A DNA stretch of 64,000 nt from the human T2T-CHM13v2.0 reference genome, Homo sapiens, in NCBI RefSeq assembly GCF_009914755.1, contig NC_060947.1; one strand, 5' to 3'. The notes beneath the pieces are model-generated. The model was given only the letters and a program-made list of their open reading frames with translations. It was not told the origin of the DNA and searched no databases. A program made the translations under genes and the position numbers. Positions 13,985 through 29,398 of the stretch are shown here, piece by piece; position 1 is the first letter of the stretch; every line of letters starts with the position of its first letter.

Positions 13985-14227
13985 TATTAACATGGCCAAA
14001 TTGGATCTCTTAAGTCAACCCCCATGAAGATTGTTTCAATCAAGAATTGTCGCATTTTCATGAGGAGCATATTTTTATGGTCTTAAAGGATCCCCCCACA
14101 AATTACTTATTAGTTGCATAGGAAAAATAATAACTATACATTGAGGAAATTGAAGAACATCTTGGACAAGGTGATCAAAAATATCATCACCAAGGAGGGG
14201 CAAATGAGCATCATGTAATGCCCTAAG

Positions 14228-14295
14228 ATACATTACCTCATTGCTCTTAAAGCATGACCCAATACATTACCTCATTGCTCTTTAAGCATGACCCA
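14228..14295. repeat. 34-bp tandem duplication
   Basis: ATACATTACCTCATTGCTCTT(A/T)AAGCATGACCCA x2, one mismatch. Confidence 0.95.
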
Positions 14296-14299
14296 AACC

Positions 14300-14790
14300 C
14301 ATGGCCTACCATGCAAGTCTCCTCCTTTCCCAGCCTCACTTCTCCTCAATTCACACCTCACAGTCAGCTTTACAGTTTTACCAATACACCTGAGTATTGA
14401 AGAACGTGCCATATTCTCTCTTGCTTTAGGGTCTTTATTCCTGCTATTTCCTTTGCTTGGCTCGCCTTGCCTCCTCCCCAAGCACCTTCTGTCTCTTTGA
14501 CTAGTGAAAACCCATGGTCCTTCAAGACTAAAATTAATATTATCTTTTCAGAGAAAACTTCCATGCTGATTCCCCTTTCATGAGTGGTTTAACAGCTCTG
14601 TCCTGCTTGGGGCCTCCTAGCACTTACCACAGTTTATTATAATTTCTTACTTGCTTCTCTGTTTCCTGGCTTGCCTCTGAGTTCTGAAAGGTGGGAATTG
14701 TGTTATTCACCATTGTTTCCTCAGTTCTTAGAATACTGTTAATTAAGATACAGTTCCTTAATGAATGGATGGATGGATGGATGGATAGAA
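14300..14790 (+). mobile_element. L2 3' fragment
   Basis: Pyrimidine-rich L2 body ending in atgaatggatggatgg tail. Confidence 0.7.
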
Positions 14791-15031
14791 AAAATTGAAA
14801 ATGTCATGCATTTTAATAAACACATTAAGTGTTTATTTTTATTTGGTAGAAAACTGATGGAGGAAATGAACAATAATGTTTAGTTTTATATTTGGTGCTG
14901 AGTCCTGGATAAAGACAATTGAATATGTTTGGTGTTCATCTAATTTGCAATTCAAAACCACCACGTGTAGGGACCTTTTCTGCCTTACTATTTAAAATAG
15001 TTTACAAAATTTTGAGAAAACGTAGTTTTAA

Positions 15032-15406
<375 letters not shown>

Positions 15407-15565
15407 TGATAGCAACCATAAATGCTTAAACTCACAATTTTTTGTTTTTATGTGTGGGAAAATTTAAAAAACAAAGACTAAAAGGATATGTATAACAAAA
15501 TTTTATCTCTATATTGTGAGATTAATCTTCTCTTTGTATTTTTTAACTTTTCTAAATTAATGTGA

Positions 15566-15948
<383 letters not shown>

Positions 15949-17650
15949 CTAAAGAACCCTCATATTTTCTATATTTATTTGAAAGGGAAGATTTTGGGTT
16001 TTTCAATCGTTTTCTGACCAACTATCATTACATTTTTGGCTGTAAAGTGAATTGATACACAAAAGTCTTGGAAGCAATTTACTACCCACCCCTAGCTCTG
16101 GTATTCTTACGAGGGATGATACAAAGACACTACCTTTTCTACAAGCTCTTGTGTTTACAAGCATAAGAGAAAAACAATATGTTTAAGGTATTAATTACCC
16201 AGAATTCAGCAGTACATTCCTTTGATTTTTGTATACAAATGCTAACATATCACGAAGGGGAAAGTGTTCACTGTTTTGTATTGGCATTTAAAAACTTTTT
16301 ATGTATCATTTATAATTGTGAGAGTAAATCTGTAGTTGGCTTCTTAAAAATTCTTGATTACATTGGTTCTTTATCCACTTATTTATGTTGATCCGATGAC
16401 AAAGAGTTGTTAATAAGTCAAGACATTTTAACTTACTTATTGACAAGCTAACTAAGAAAATAGCCAAAATAGAGGTATTACAAATTTCTTATTCAACTCA
16501 GCATGTTCACTGTTCACTTAGCCAAACATTCTCCAACTGAAGAACTCCAAACTAGTTTACTCTTCATATGACTATATTGAGCATTACCTTACTTTAAATT
16601 GTGCCACTTAATAGTGAAGTTCGGTGACTATTTCAGCATTATGATGGATCCTCTTGGACTAAGATACAAAATTTACAGTTAAATTTGGTATTTGCCATCA
16701 TAAATGGCCCAGATTAGCTGGTCCTTCCCCTATCACTGGAGAGGAGTAATAGTAGCTGGAACCCAGAAACCCAGTGGGTACTAGTTTCCTTTCTCTATCC
16801 CACTTTACTCCCCTTTATCTCCTTTGCTTACTTCAAGTTTTAAAAATTACTTACCTGGCTAACCATGTTTTAAAATACATTTTATTCTGAAAATGTGAAA
16901 GCATTCATAATACGGATTTTTTAGGTCAAACTTGCCACATTGGTGATAGTTGGGGATTGCGGCTGATTTGTCAGATGTATCTTACCATTGGAGTCTGTGA
17001 TAATTAAGAGCAGTGTTGGACTGTGGTCATGTCAGACACTGCGGAGAAGAAAACCGTGTTTTACATGCATATTCAGCTGCTGCATGATGTGTTACTGCAT
17101 TTCACATTACATATAGTAGCCCAGTGCCAACTCACTGCAGTAAATCTCAGTGCTAGGCTCTTGCCATTTGTCATAGTAACAGAAAAACATGTGCAGTTTT
17201 CCATTTTATTGAATGAATTTGAATTCATAGAGGACATCAGATTGTGCTCACTCTCTAGTTTATATGCCTGTGTGTGTGTGTATATATATATATATATGCT
17301 GGCAATACAAATAAGCTGACCATCCCAGGCAGACTAATCGAAGATCTTGTCTAATATTTTGGAATTGTGATTATTTCTATTTCTCTTTACCTTAACTTAG
17401 GGTACTTCATCTGATCACCACCCCTCTAAAGTATAGAGGGGGGTATTTTTGGCTCTTGTTCTCATTAATTTAAAAGTTCTCAATTTTTTTGCAGAGGAAA
17501 GGAAAACCTACCTGTTGGCTGTTTTGACCTATCCATTTAACCAGTAATGCACCACAGTTAGCACTTCTGGGACTAATCTGGCCCTCCAACCTTGAATAGG
17601 GTTTACATGGCATTGCCTTAAGGATATGTAGTCTTTCTATTCCTCTAAAT

Positions 17651-17772
17651 CAGTGGCTCTCAAATTTGACAGGTGTCAGTCACCTAGGGAACTTGGTAAA
17701 AATACAAAACCCTGATTCTTACTCCAGTGAGTCTGGCCAATTCTGATATGCACTAAAGTTTGAGAACCACTG
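17651..17772. mobile_element. MER5-family MITE (internally deleted)
   Basis: Terminal inverted repeats cagtggctctcaaattt ... aaagtttgagaaccactg. Confidence 0.8.
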
Positions 17773-18258
17773 CTCTAGACACTAAAACAAATCAAAACAA
17801 AAAGACAGATGATCTGACCAAGGTAGAAATGCAGACAGCATTGAGTTGTCCAATTGGCCTGCTATCCCCGTGCCCCAGGCTACTTTTACTGAACTCTCTC
17901 CTGCTTTATGGCTTTACTTGAAGGCGACGTTATAAGAAACAGCCCTCCCAGTATCTGTGAACTGCAAATCACAGATCTCTCAAAATGGAATGCTTTCTGT
18001 AAGTCTGATGTCAAAATTCATTTGGGGGTAAATTTAAGAAAATATATTATTCCTTGTAGTGTAAATATTTATGTGTTTAAGTGCAGAAATGTTAATACGC
18101 TTAACTCTAGGGTGCTGCCCTAAAGCCTGCTAGGGTTTTTTCAAAATATTTGAAATGCATACTGAATTAGCTTCCAAAATCCAAAAAAAGTCCACTTTAA
18201 TAAACATCTTAGTCCCAAAGATTTCAGATTATAATTATAAACAATGTGCTTATTAATA

Positions 18259-18646
18259 CAGTCATATGCCACATAATGACATTTTGGTCAATGATGGACC
18301 ACATATTTGACTGTGGTCTCATAAGATTATAACAGAGCTGAAAAATGCCTATTGCCTAATGACATCATATTTTCTATAATGTCATAGTGTAACACATTAC
18401 CTTTTCTATGTTTAGATACACAAATAATTACCATTGTGTTACAGTTGCCTATAGTATTCAGTACAGTCAGATGCAGTACTGGTTTGTAGCCTAGAAACAA
18501 ATAGGCTGTACCATATAGCCTAGGTGTGTAGTAGGCTCTACCATCTAGGTTTGTGTAAGTAGGCTCTGTGATGTTTGTACAACAGTGAAGTTGCCTAAGG
18601 ACGCATTTCTCAGAATGTATCCCTGTCATTAAGTGATGCACGATTG
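18259..18646. mobile_element. Tigger3a-like DNA transposon
   Basis: TA then cagtcatatgccacataatgacattttggtcaatgatggacc ... gtcattaagtgatgcacgattg terminal inverted repeat. Confidence 0.85.
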
Positions 18647-19494
18647 TGGTGTGCTTCTGGAGAAATGGCTTATTTTTATCTTGTGGACATTGAAAATGAC
18701 TTGGCAGACCATACTGTAAAGCTCTAAGCCAGGCTTTTGTCTTCCCTTGATCAGGAGCTCTGTGACGTTATTCTACCTTTATCTTTTTTTCTTGGTATCT
18801 TCCTACCTTTTTATTGGTATTATTATTATCCATTATAATGATTTTGCTGAGTGCATTTACTCGTTGGCTTTTTAGATTTTTTTGAATGTGTATAAACTAA
18901 TTGCTTCTTCATTTAGTTGGATATATAGGGTGATAAAAATAGATAAATATATTACTTGTTCTGGGGCATTGTCTGGGGGAGATTTAGCATAGTTGTCCTC
19001 AGTTGTCTCTTTCTTTCATGCCATAATAAAATAACCTCTATTGTGAGGATAATTTTTCAAAAGGACTTAGTGTAATGAGCATACATTTTTGGCTAGGTCA
19101 GATTTCTAATAGTTGGCAGCCCAGGTATTAGCAACCTCATATTCTACTTCCCTGAATAAGAAGTCTCTAGGAGTATCTATCTACCAAAACCACTCAAATC
19201 CCTACAATCCAAAGAATTCCAGGCTTTTAAGTTATGTTTCTGATTCTAATCATTATTTATTCAGTAAATGGTTGTATAAAAGTGACACACCCTCAACTGC
19301 AATTTCAGTTTCCCTGGGGGAAACAAGGACCCTGAAGGGAAAACTTGTACATAGTGTTGCTTTCTTGCTCCAGATCACTGGCTCAGAGCATGAAAGAAGT
19401 GAAATAACAAACCACTGAGTTTCCCCTCAGGTCTTAAACTATCAGCCTGGATAGCAAACAATTTTTATTGCAAATTTGAGTAGTTACTATGCTT

Positions 19495-20410
19495 TAGGTT
19501 TTTTTTTGGATTAATGCAGTTTATTTTAGAGCTGTTCTGAGTTTATACAAAAATTGCACCAAAAGTACAGAGAGTTCCTATACACACCTTCATTCTCCAT
19601 CCCACAGTTTTCCCTATTAATAGCATCTTGCATTTGTGTGGTAAATTTGTTACAATTGATGGACAGTTGTAATACAATATATTGACATATTATTGTTAAC
19701 TAAATCCATAGTTTATGCTGGGGTTCACTTTTTGTGTTGTACAATTCTATGCATTTTGACAAGTACATGATGTCATGTGTCACCATTACAGTATCATACA
19801 GAATAGTTTTATTGCCTTAAAAATTTCCTGTACTCCACTTGTTTATCCCTCCTTCTCCCAACCCCTAACCCTTGGCAACCAGTGATCTTTTTACTGTCTC
19901 CATAGTTTTGCCTCTCAAGAATGTCATATAGTTAGAATCATAAAGTATGTAGCCTTTTCAGATTGGCTTATTTCACTTAGTGATATGCATTTCAATTTCC
20001 TTCATGTATTTTTGTGACTTAATAGCTCATTTCTTTTTGCTACTGAATAATATTCCATGGTAAGGACTTACCACAGTTTATTTATTCATTAACCTGTTGA
20101 AAAATGGCTTAAACTTTTGGTCGTTTCCACCTTTTGGAAAATATAAATAAAGCTGCTATAAATATTTGTGTGCAGGTTTTTTTGTGGCTGTGTTTTCAAC
20201 TCATTTAAATAAATACTTTGGAGTGTGACAGCTGGATCTTATGGGAAGAATATATTTAGTTTTGTTAGAAACTATAAAACTCTCTTCCGAAGTGACTGTA
20301 CCATATTTGTTTCACACCAGCAATGAATAAGGGTCCCTGTTGGTCTATATCCTGTCTGCCAGCATTTGGAGTTGTCAGTGTTCAGGATTTTACCCAATCT
20401 AATGTGTGCC
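19495..20410 (-). mobile_element. L1MC/MD-type 3' end
   Basis: aaaagtacagagagttcctatacac...ccttggcaaccagtgatctttttactgtctccatagttttgcc antisense old L1 3' UTR. Confidence 0.85.
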
Positions 20411-20797
20411 ATGCTTTATTTTTAACATTTAACAAATAGAAAATTTGTGCTCATGGCATTTGTTTCTTCCAATTACTAATGAATAGCATCATGGTTAAAT
20501 GGGATCATTACCCTGCTTCTTTTTCCACCCACCTTAGCTTCCTCCAGAGTTCACTGTTATCTCTTCTCTCAGCAGGTCTGTGGTTGGCTATTCTTGTCTT
20601 ACCAGTTTGCTGTTATTCCTGCACTCAGTTTCTGTTCTTGTATGTGCCTCTCTAGTGTCTAGCATAAATCCCTCAGGACTCAAAAAGTGGTATTAATATG
20701 TCAGTGAGTCCTATTCTGATTCCATTTTTCCCAAATGAGCCTCCTCTTTCAGGCTCCTTTGGTAAAGTTCTTCTAATTCCTTGGGTCTATTACCTAC

Positions 20798-21375
20798 TTT
20801 TTATATTGTTATAGAGAATGTCAAACATATTCAAATACATAAAGAATGATATACTGGACTAACGTATACCTATCACACAGTCCCAGCCACCAACAACCCA
20901 TGGCCAATAGTGCTCCATCCTCTCCCATTTACTTTTTCTAAATGTTGTATTATTTTGAAACAAATATCAGATATCATATTATTTTACATATTCATGTGAC
21001 CAAAGATATAGAGCAATGACTTCTTTTTCTAACAAACACATAGCATTATTATCACACCTAAAATAACAGCAATCATTTATTATCATCAAATATCTAAATA
21101 ATGATCTCATTAAAGTTAAGATCCAATAATGTCCATGTGCTTTGACTGGTTGATGCATATTTTAAGTCTCTTTTAATCTATGGGCTCTCCCTCTATTGTT
21201 TGCCCTGCCAACCCCCACAATTTATTTATTGAATAATCAAAATTATCCTGTAAAGTTTATCTTATAATCTGATATTTTTACTGATTGTATTTCCGAGATG
21301 TAGTTTAACATAATCTCTGTATTCTGTATTGCCTGTAAATAAGTAGAACCTCCATACAGGTTTGACTTATTTTGA
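20798..21375 (-). mobile_element. L1MC4/5-like 3' fragment
   Basis: ccatggccaat...tattttgaaacaaatatcagatatcat degraded old L1 3' UTR. Confidence 0.6.
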
Positions 21376-21653
21376 TGTGACTACTATAACTTAATTTTTT
21401 GTTTTGTATTAATGCCAGTTCATTACTGGTTCTCTCCTAAGCTAATCTTAGAGGGCATACCAGTGTATCAATTCATGCTTATTCTGAAATCTTTAATAAA
21501 GTTGTAAATGAATTATACAATAAATTTCACAGTGTCAGGAATCTAATTAATGAAATAGCTAGATTAGAACCCTGGACCCCAGACTTTTACATACAATTTC
21601 CTTTCCCTGTAAGCACTATGTTAGCCTCATGATAGTAGCATGCCTCTTTGTAA

Positions 21654-22082
<429 letters not shown>

Positions 22083-22126
22083 TAATGTCACTGCATAGTC
22101 ATATAGCTTGGTAGTTAAGCATTTGA

Positions 22127-22432
<306 letters not shown>

Positions 22433-22498
22433 GCATTTGAACTCTTTATTCTAATGTCTAAATAGGACTCACTATTTAGGGTACTCACTGTGTGATCT

Positions 22499-22667
22499 TT
22501 TTTATTATTATTACTTCATAGAGACAAGGTCTTGCTCTGTTGCCCATTCTGGAGTGTAGTAGTGTGATTGTAACTCATTGCAACTTTCAACTCCTGGCCT
22601 CAAGCGATCCTCCCACCTTAGCCTCCCAAAGTGTTGAGATAACAGGTGTGACGCACTGCACCCAGCC
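22499..22667 (-). mobile_element. Monomeric Alu (FRAM/FAM-like)
   Basis: Single ~150-bp monomer flanked by CTCACTGTGTGATCTT TSD. Confidence 0.85.
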
Positions 22668-23116
22668 TCACTGTGTGATCTTGAATAAGTTACTGAGCCT
22701 AGTTTCTCTGCCTGCCAGATGAGACTTTTACTAGTAACAACCTTATGAATTTGCTTTGATTATTCAGTATGGATAATGTATGGATGATGCTTAGTACAAT
22801 GCCTGGGATATAATAGCAAATGTTCAATATAGTTTGGAACTATAGGCAGAGAGAAGTGTTATTATGAGAAAACTGAGGCAGTGATAGGGTTGGGGCATTG
22901 GCCTAATATTACATAGCTGACATGTACTTTCACATAAGAGCCTGTCTTTTGTGTGAGAACTGACTCTGTAAGTGTCTCTACTGTTATGAAGGCAGGAACC
23001 TACTTAGGTACTAGGCTATGTGAAAGAAGCTGGTGATTAGTTGAATCTAAAGTTGGTGATGCACTCACATTGCCAACTACACACAGTCATAAAATCCATT
23101 AGCCTATTTTAGACGG

Positions 23117-23203
23117 CTTACTGCTTACCTTGGCCTCAGCTACCTTACTGCTTACCTTGGCCTCAGCTACCTTGGCCTCAGCTACTGCTTACCTTGGCCT
23201 CAG
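23117..23203. repeat. 27-bp-unit minisatellite (about 3 copies, rearranged)
   Basis: CTTACTGCTTACCTTGGCCTCAGCTAC x2 plus two partial units. Confidence 0.95.
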
Positions 23204-23245
23204 GATATTTAAAGACTAAGATTGTTTCAGTTTGTTTAAAAAATT

Positions 23246-23262
23246 ACACACACACACTTGCG

Positions 23263-23300
<38 letters not shown>
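23246..23300. repeat. Interrupted (CA)n microsatellite
   Basis: Directly visible. Confidence 0.97.
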
Positions 23301-23302
<2 letters not shown>

Positions 23303-24478
23303 GGGAGAGTATTTTTGCCAAAACGTATGAAATAATTTTCTCCTCTTCACAGATATTGAAATGGTGATTTGTTTTATACATATTCCACACAAGGTATATA
23401 TATGTAAGGGATAATTTTTTTGTGGTGAAATTTAAGTAACGGAAATAACATCCACTATTATTTGGGTAAAAATTACAAAAGCACTTCATAGAGACTTTTT
23501 TCCTTAGTGTATGAACCACATTTATCAGGTGGTACAATAGCTGAATTAAGTTGAAATTGTTCTAAAATATGCTTGAGATTTTCGTCTTTCTTCAAGTTGT
23601 CCTGAATAGGTAGACAGATACCTGAAAATAGGAATAAAACCTAAACCTCTACTTTAAAATGAGGATATTTTACCTTTAAATGTCTATTTCACTTGATGAA
23701 TATTTAACCTTTTTGTTAGTTGACCTATCTAAAATCTTAAGTTACTTGAAAAATATATTTTCTTGTCTGTGGCTTCTTAAATGGTGCACATGTGGTTAGC
23801 AAGCAACAGCTATTGGCTTGCCAAAGCTAAAAGTTAAAATATAAGATGATAAAGTTGATGTAATATGTGACCTTTTATAAGTCACTTTCCCATTTGAAAT
23901 TAAATGTGCCAGATTTGACAAACTTAATATATTGAATAGGTTACCCTAATATTTTTGTTGACTTTTAGCAAGAACACTATAAAGCAACTATAAAGTGTTA
24001 TTTATTTTAGCTTTTCTAAATAAAAATCACTGAAGCAATTTTAATTTGTACATATAACTCTTCCTTAAAATTTAAATACCTGTTTTACTTCATGTGCTTC
24101 CATGCCTTATTTCATTAAATTTTCAAACACGTATAGAAAGCCACATCTACAAGCTATCAGATTTCCCTGAGATTACTATATTAAAACATACACTGAATCA
24201 GACTCCATTTCTTCCAACGCTGATTCAGCACTTTAAAAATAATCTTTGATTTTATATTAAAATAACTTATCACCCTTTACTGCATGATATCAGAATGACA
24301 CTAGTTATTTCACTACAAAAAAATGTCAGTGATCAAATCTTGCTGGTCCACAAATAACTCTCCACTTGCTAATTTGCATTTTAGCATCAACTGTAAATAT
24401 GTAGATAAAAGAACTGACAGTTGACAGCTAGGTATAACTTATATATATTTCATACAGTAACTCAATAATACCAGATTA

Positions 24479-24868
<390 letters not shown>

Positions 24869-25919
24869 TCATCCTTTAATCTTTAATGTTATAATTTGTG
24901 TTTGAATTATGAAGGATATATTGAATAATAACAAATAGAAGTATTTCAGGAAGCATAGAGGTGCTGTTTAAACACAATATGAAAGTAATGAGAATCATTT
25001 TCCAACACGGCATTGGATCCAGTCTCATGACAGTGTAAAGAAACTGTGGGAAAAGTGCTCTGTATTTTCCAGGTGAACCTGGTTGCCCATCTCTTGCAAC
25101 CAGCTACAGAAGGTCAGCCAGTAGCACTGGATTTCCATGGTCACTCATTTCTCCATTCTACTTGTAGTCTGTGTAGTGAGAGGAAAACAAATGTGTCCCA
25201 AAAACTTGGTTTCACATGAGAAGTTCTTCAAATAATTTTCACCTTTAGAAAAAAAATTTATGGAGCATGATGATAGTCAGGAGGGAAGAATGGCAGTTTG
25301 GAAGGTAAGGCAAGAAGAATAATCTTGAGAGTTTCTAATGAGAAAAATAATGGAAAAGGGTAAAAAAAAAATAGAGCAGCTATGTTAAAGTATAATATTA
25401 TAATTATTGAATAGAACTCAATAATATATAATTCTGAGCACTCTTTTTTTCTTCTGACTTTATCATACAATTTTATCTTTAGCCTACCTTTACCTTAATT
25501 TGTATATTCTTAGCCTTAGGTTATTGAATAGATTTTTATAAACCATTTGTTTTAGTCAGCTTTTGCTTAGTAAAAATACAATAATATACAATCCCCAAAT
25601 ATCAGTGCCTTTTAACAGCATTGATTTACTTCTCTCTCATTTTACATGTGGCAGCTCTCTATGGTTCTGTGTATCTTCTTCATTCTTGAGTCCAGAATAA
25701 ATAAATAACTTCTCTCTGGGGCAAGGCATAGGGAAAAGAGCAATGGCAGAAACATGCAATAGATTTTTAAAATTGTATTTGAGTATAATTTGAAAAAATA
25801 ATATAATTTACCCTACCAACAAAATCCATTCTGGAATAAGATGTCATATAGTAACATAAAATTTATATTAATGTATGTAAAAGAATAATATTAAGGTTGA
25901 AACTTAAAGAACCATTTAG

Positions 25920-26333
25920 TGTCTTAGTCAATTTTGTGTTGCTATAAAGGAATCCCTGAGAGTGGATAATTTATAAAGAAAAGAGGTTTATTTCGCTCAT
26001 GGTTCTGCAGGTTGTACAAGAAGCATGGAGCCAGCATCTGCTCCTGGTTAGGGCCTCAGGAAGCATCCACTCATGGTAGAAGGTGCAAGGGAGCAAACAT
26101 AATATGGTGAGAGAGAAGGAAAGAGAGATGGGAGGGAGGTGCCAGACTTTTTTAAACAACCAGATCTCACAGGAACTAGGACTAGAATTCACTCCATCCT
26201 GGGAGCATTCTCCAAGCCATTTATGAGGAATCCACTCCCATGACCCAAACACCTCTCACTAGGCCACACCTCTAATATTGGAGATCAATTTTCAAGATGA
26301 GATTTGACGGGGACAAATACCCAAACTATATGA
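25920..26333 (-). mobile_element. MST (MaLR) solo LTR
   Basis: tgtcttagtc...gctcatggttctgcaggttgtacaagaagcatgg...ccaaactata; AATAAA on minus strand. Confidence 0.9.
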
Positions 26334-26617
26334 AATGGTTAGCATCATTTTCACTTATTAAAATTTTATCAAACATCTACGATACAGATGATACCAGGAA
26401 GAAGCAAAGATGAATAAATACCTGTACTCTACATTTAAAATTCTCTGGATTCAGTGAGGAATATAGCAAAATATATAAAACCAATATAGATGCATCCACT
26501 GATGAGTGCTTTCTTGAGGATTAAAAGAGGTGCTAATAAGCAGAAACTGTGAATGAAACTGTCAACCACTGATACCTAGAAACCTTAGGATAGTTTCTGT
26601 GTAAGAATCTGTTAAAT

Positions 26618-26968
26618 TATCTCAGTCCATTCAGACTATTATAGCAAAATACTCTAAATTGGATAGCTTATGAAGAAAGGCAATTTATTGCTCACAGTCC
26701 TGGAGGCTGAGAAGTCCAAGATCAAGTCACCATCAGATTCAGTGTGTGGTGAGGGCTCGTTCTCTGCTTCACAGAGGGCACCATCTTGCTGAGTCCTCAC
26801 ATGGTGGAAGGGCTTCATCAGCCTCTTTTATAAGGGCACTAATTCCATCGATGAAGGTGTAGCCTTTATGACCTAATTACCTGCTAAACACCCCATCTCT
26901 TAATACTGTTACATTGGTGATTAGGTTTCAACATATGAGTTTTGAGAGGACACAGTCAGACCATAGCA
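26618..26968 (-). mobile_element. MLT1A-type (MaLR) solo LTR
   Basis: atttattgctcacagtcctggaggctgagaagtccaagatcaag...cagaccatagca. Confidence 0.9.
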
Positions 26969-26994
26969 GATGAGGATAATAATAAAGATATTAA

Positions 26995-27135
26995 TAGTAA
27001 TAATAACTATCTGTCTTATGCATTTACTATATATCAAGTACTTTAGAAACCTCATTGTACTCTCACAATGAATTTTTGACATAAATTCAATTATTATTCT
27101 CATTGTACAGATGAGAATATAAAGGCACAGACACA
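26995..27135 (-). mobile_element. MIR fragment
   Basis: attattattctcattgtacagatgagaatataaaggcacaga. Confidence 0.6.
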
Positions 27136-28244
27136 TATTGAAAGACTATTTATAAAGCTTGTAGTACCTGAGTGGATTAATGGTGTTTATATTCAGTTTG
27201 TAAAACAAAACTATTATGAGATTATATATATATATATATGAATGAAAAGTTTCCATGCCTGTTTTCTTGCAATATTGATTGTGAATGTTACCGCAGCCTA
27301 AGCTCATAAAGCATTTTCTTAACAGAAGCAATCACAGGCTATTTGCAAAGCCATCTCAATAAAACTTACAAACATGAGTCCTAAGGGTAGAATCAATTGG
27401 TGAGATGCTACATTTCTTTGTTTGAATTATTGGGGAAAATAAAACAGTATGAACCATTGATGGTGTTTTGAAAAATATTTTTACACTCTATTACTTTTAT
27501 TCTTACCCTTAATATGTAGTTCTATCATTATTTTCCATAGAATTAATCTCCACTCTTACATATATTCTTTATGTAAATGAGAAATAAAATTTCAAAGGGG
27601 AAAAATGTAAGTAGCCAAAAATTTCTACATAATGCTTTATTAATGAGCAAAATTGGGGCATTTTATCTTCTGGGTGAGAAATGTAATATTCAGGAAAAGT
27701 GTGGTATAATTAATCATAGTTTATGTATTTATTACTCTAGGGTTCTTTTTGTAAATGTTCCATAGTTCTTTAGCAGTGAACTCTTCTCTAAGTTGCAAAC
27801 AGTACACCTCTATTGTCAAAAAAGGACCAATTTCTTTGTTTGCAGCATATTGTCAATATCAAATATGCATGCTGAAAGACAGCAGACTATCAATAGCTAG
27901 TAAATTCACAAAACCATTGGGTGATATGCTAATATTTCACAAGACAAACAGTGAAGGGAGAATATTGTAGTAATATTTGCAAACAATATTTTCTTTAGTT
28001 TTGTATTTAAAATATGTCATTTTTTTCTTACTCTTGTGTGACTTCTTTTTCAGTCAGAACAGAAACCTTAAAATAGATAACCTTTGATTTTTATATTTAT
28101 TCCATTTTTCTCTGACAGAGTATGGATGAATAGCATGAAACTAGTCAAAATTGCTAAGGGAATTAATTTATCTACAAACCTTGTTCAATCTTATTATTTA
28201 AAAATAACTTTTATTAAGATAAAAATTACTAAAAATAGATTAGA

Positions 28245-29004
<760 letters not shown>

Positions 29005-29398
29005 AAAATGTCAAAGAAATATTTTTAACTTGGGGAGCAAAGAAGAACTCCAATCTCTGGAATCAGAAAAAATAAAATATTATTTTTATTTGAGGTTATT
29101 TAAACCTCCCATGGAGTATATTAATATCTGCAAACTGAGTGCCTGCTACGCAAGGCTACAAGGTGCTGTATGAGACGGAAACATGGAGACAATTTATTTT
29201 TTTTATTATTTTATGATGACATTTATTAAGCTTCTAAAATTATGTAACAAAATGAAAGACATGGACAATCACACTTTTTGATATGATAAGAAAAGAGATT
29301 ATTTGAATCTGGGACACAGTGTTCCAGAATTTAGAAGATCCATACAAAGTGTTGAGGAGAATCTGATTCTAATTTAGGGTTTAGGGGGAACAAAGATA

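Noticed and set aside
17010-17042. Hairpin considered as a pre-miRNA
   Set aside because: Only 33 nt with about 11 pairs; too short for a Drosha/Dicer substrate
17023-17319. 98-aa plus-strand ORF (MVMSDTAEKK...)
   Set aside because: Non-ATG first codon, no recognisable domain, and it ends in a (TG)(TA) microsatellite
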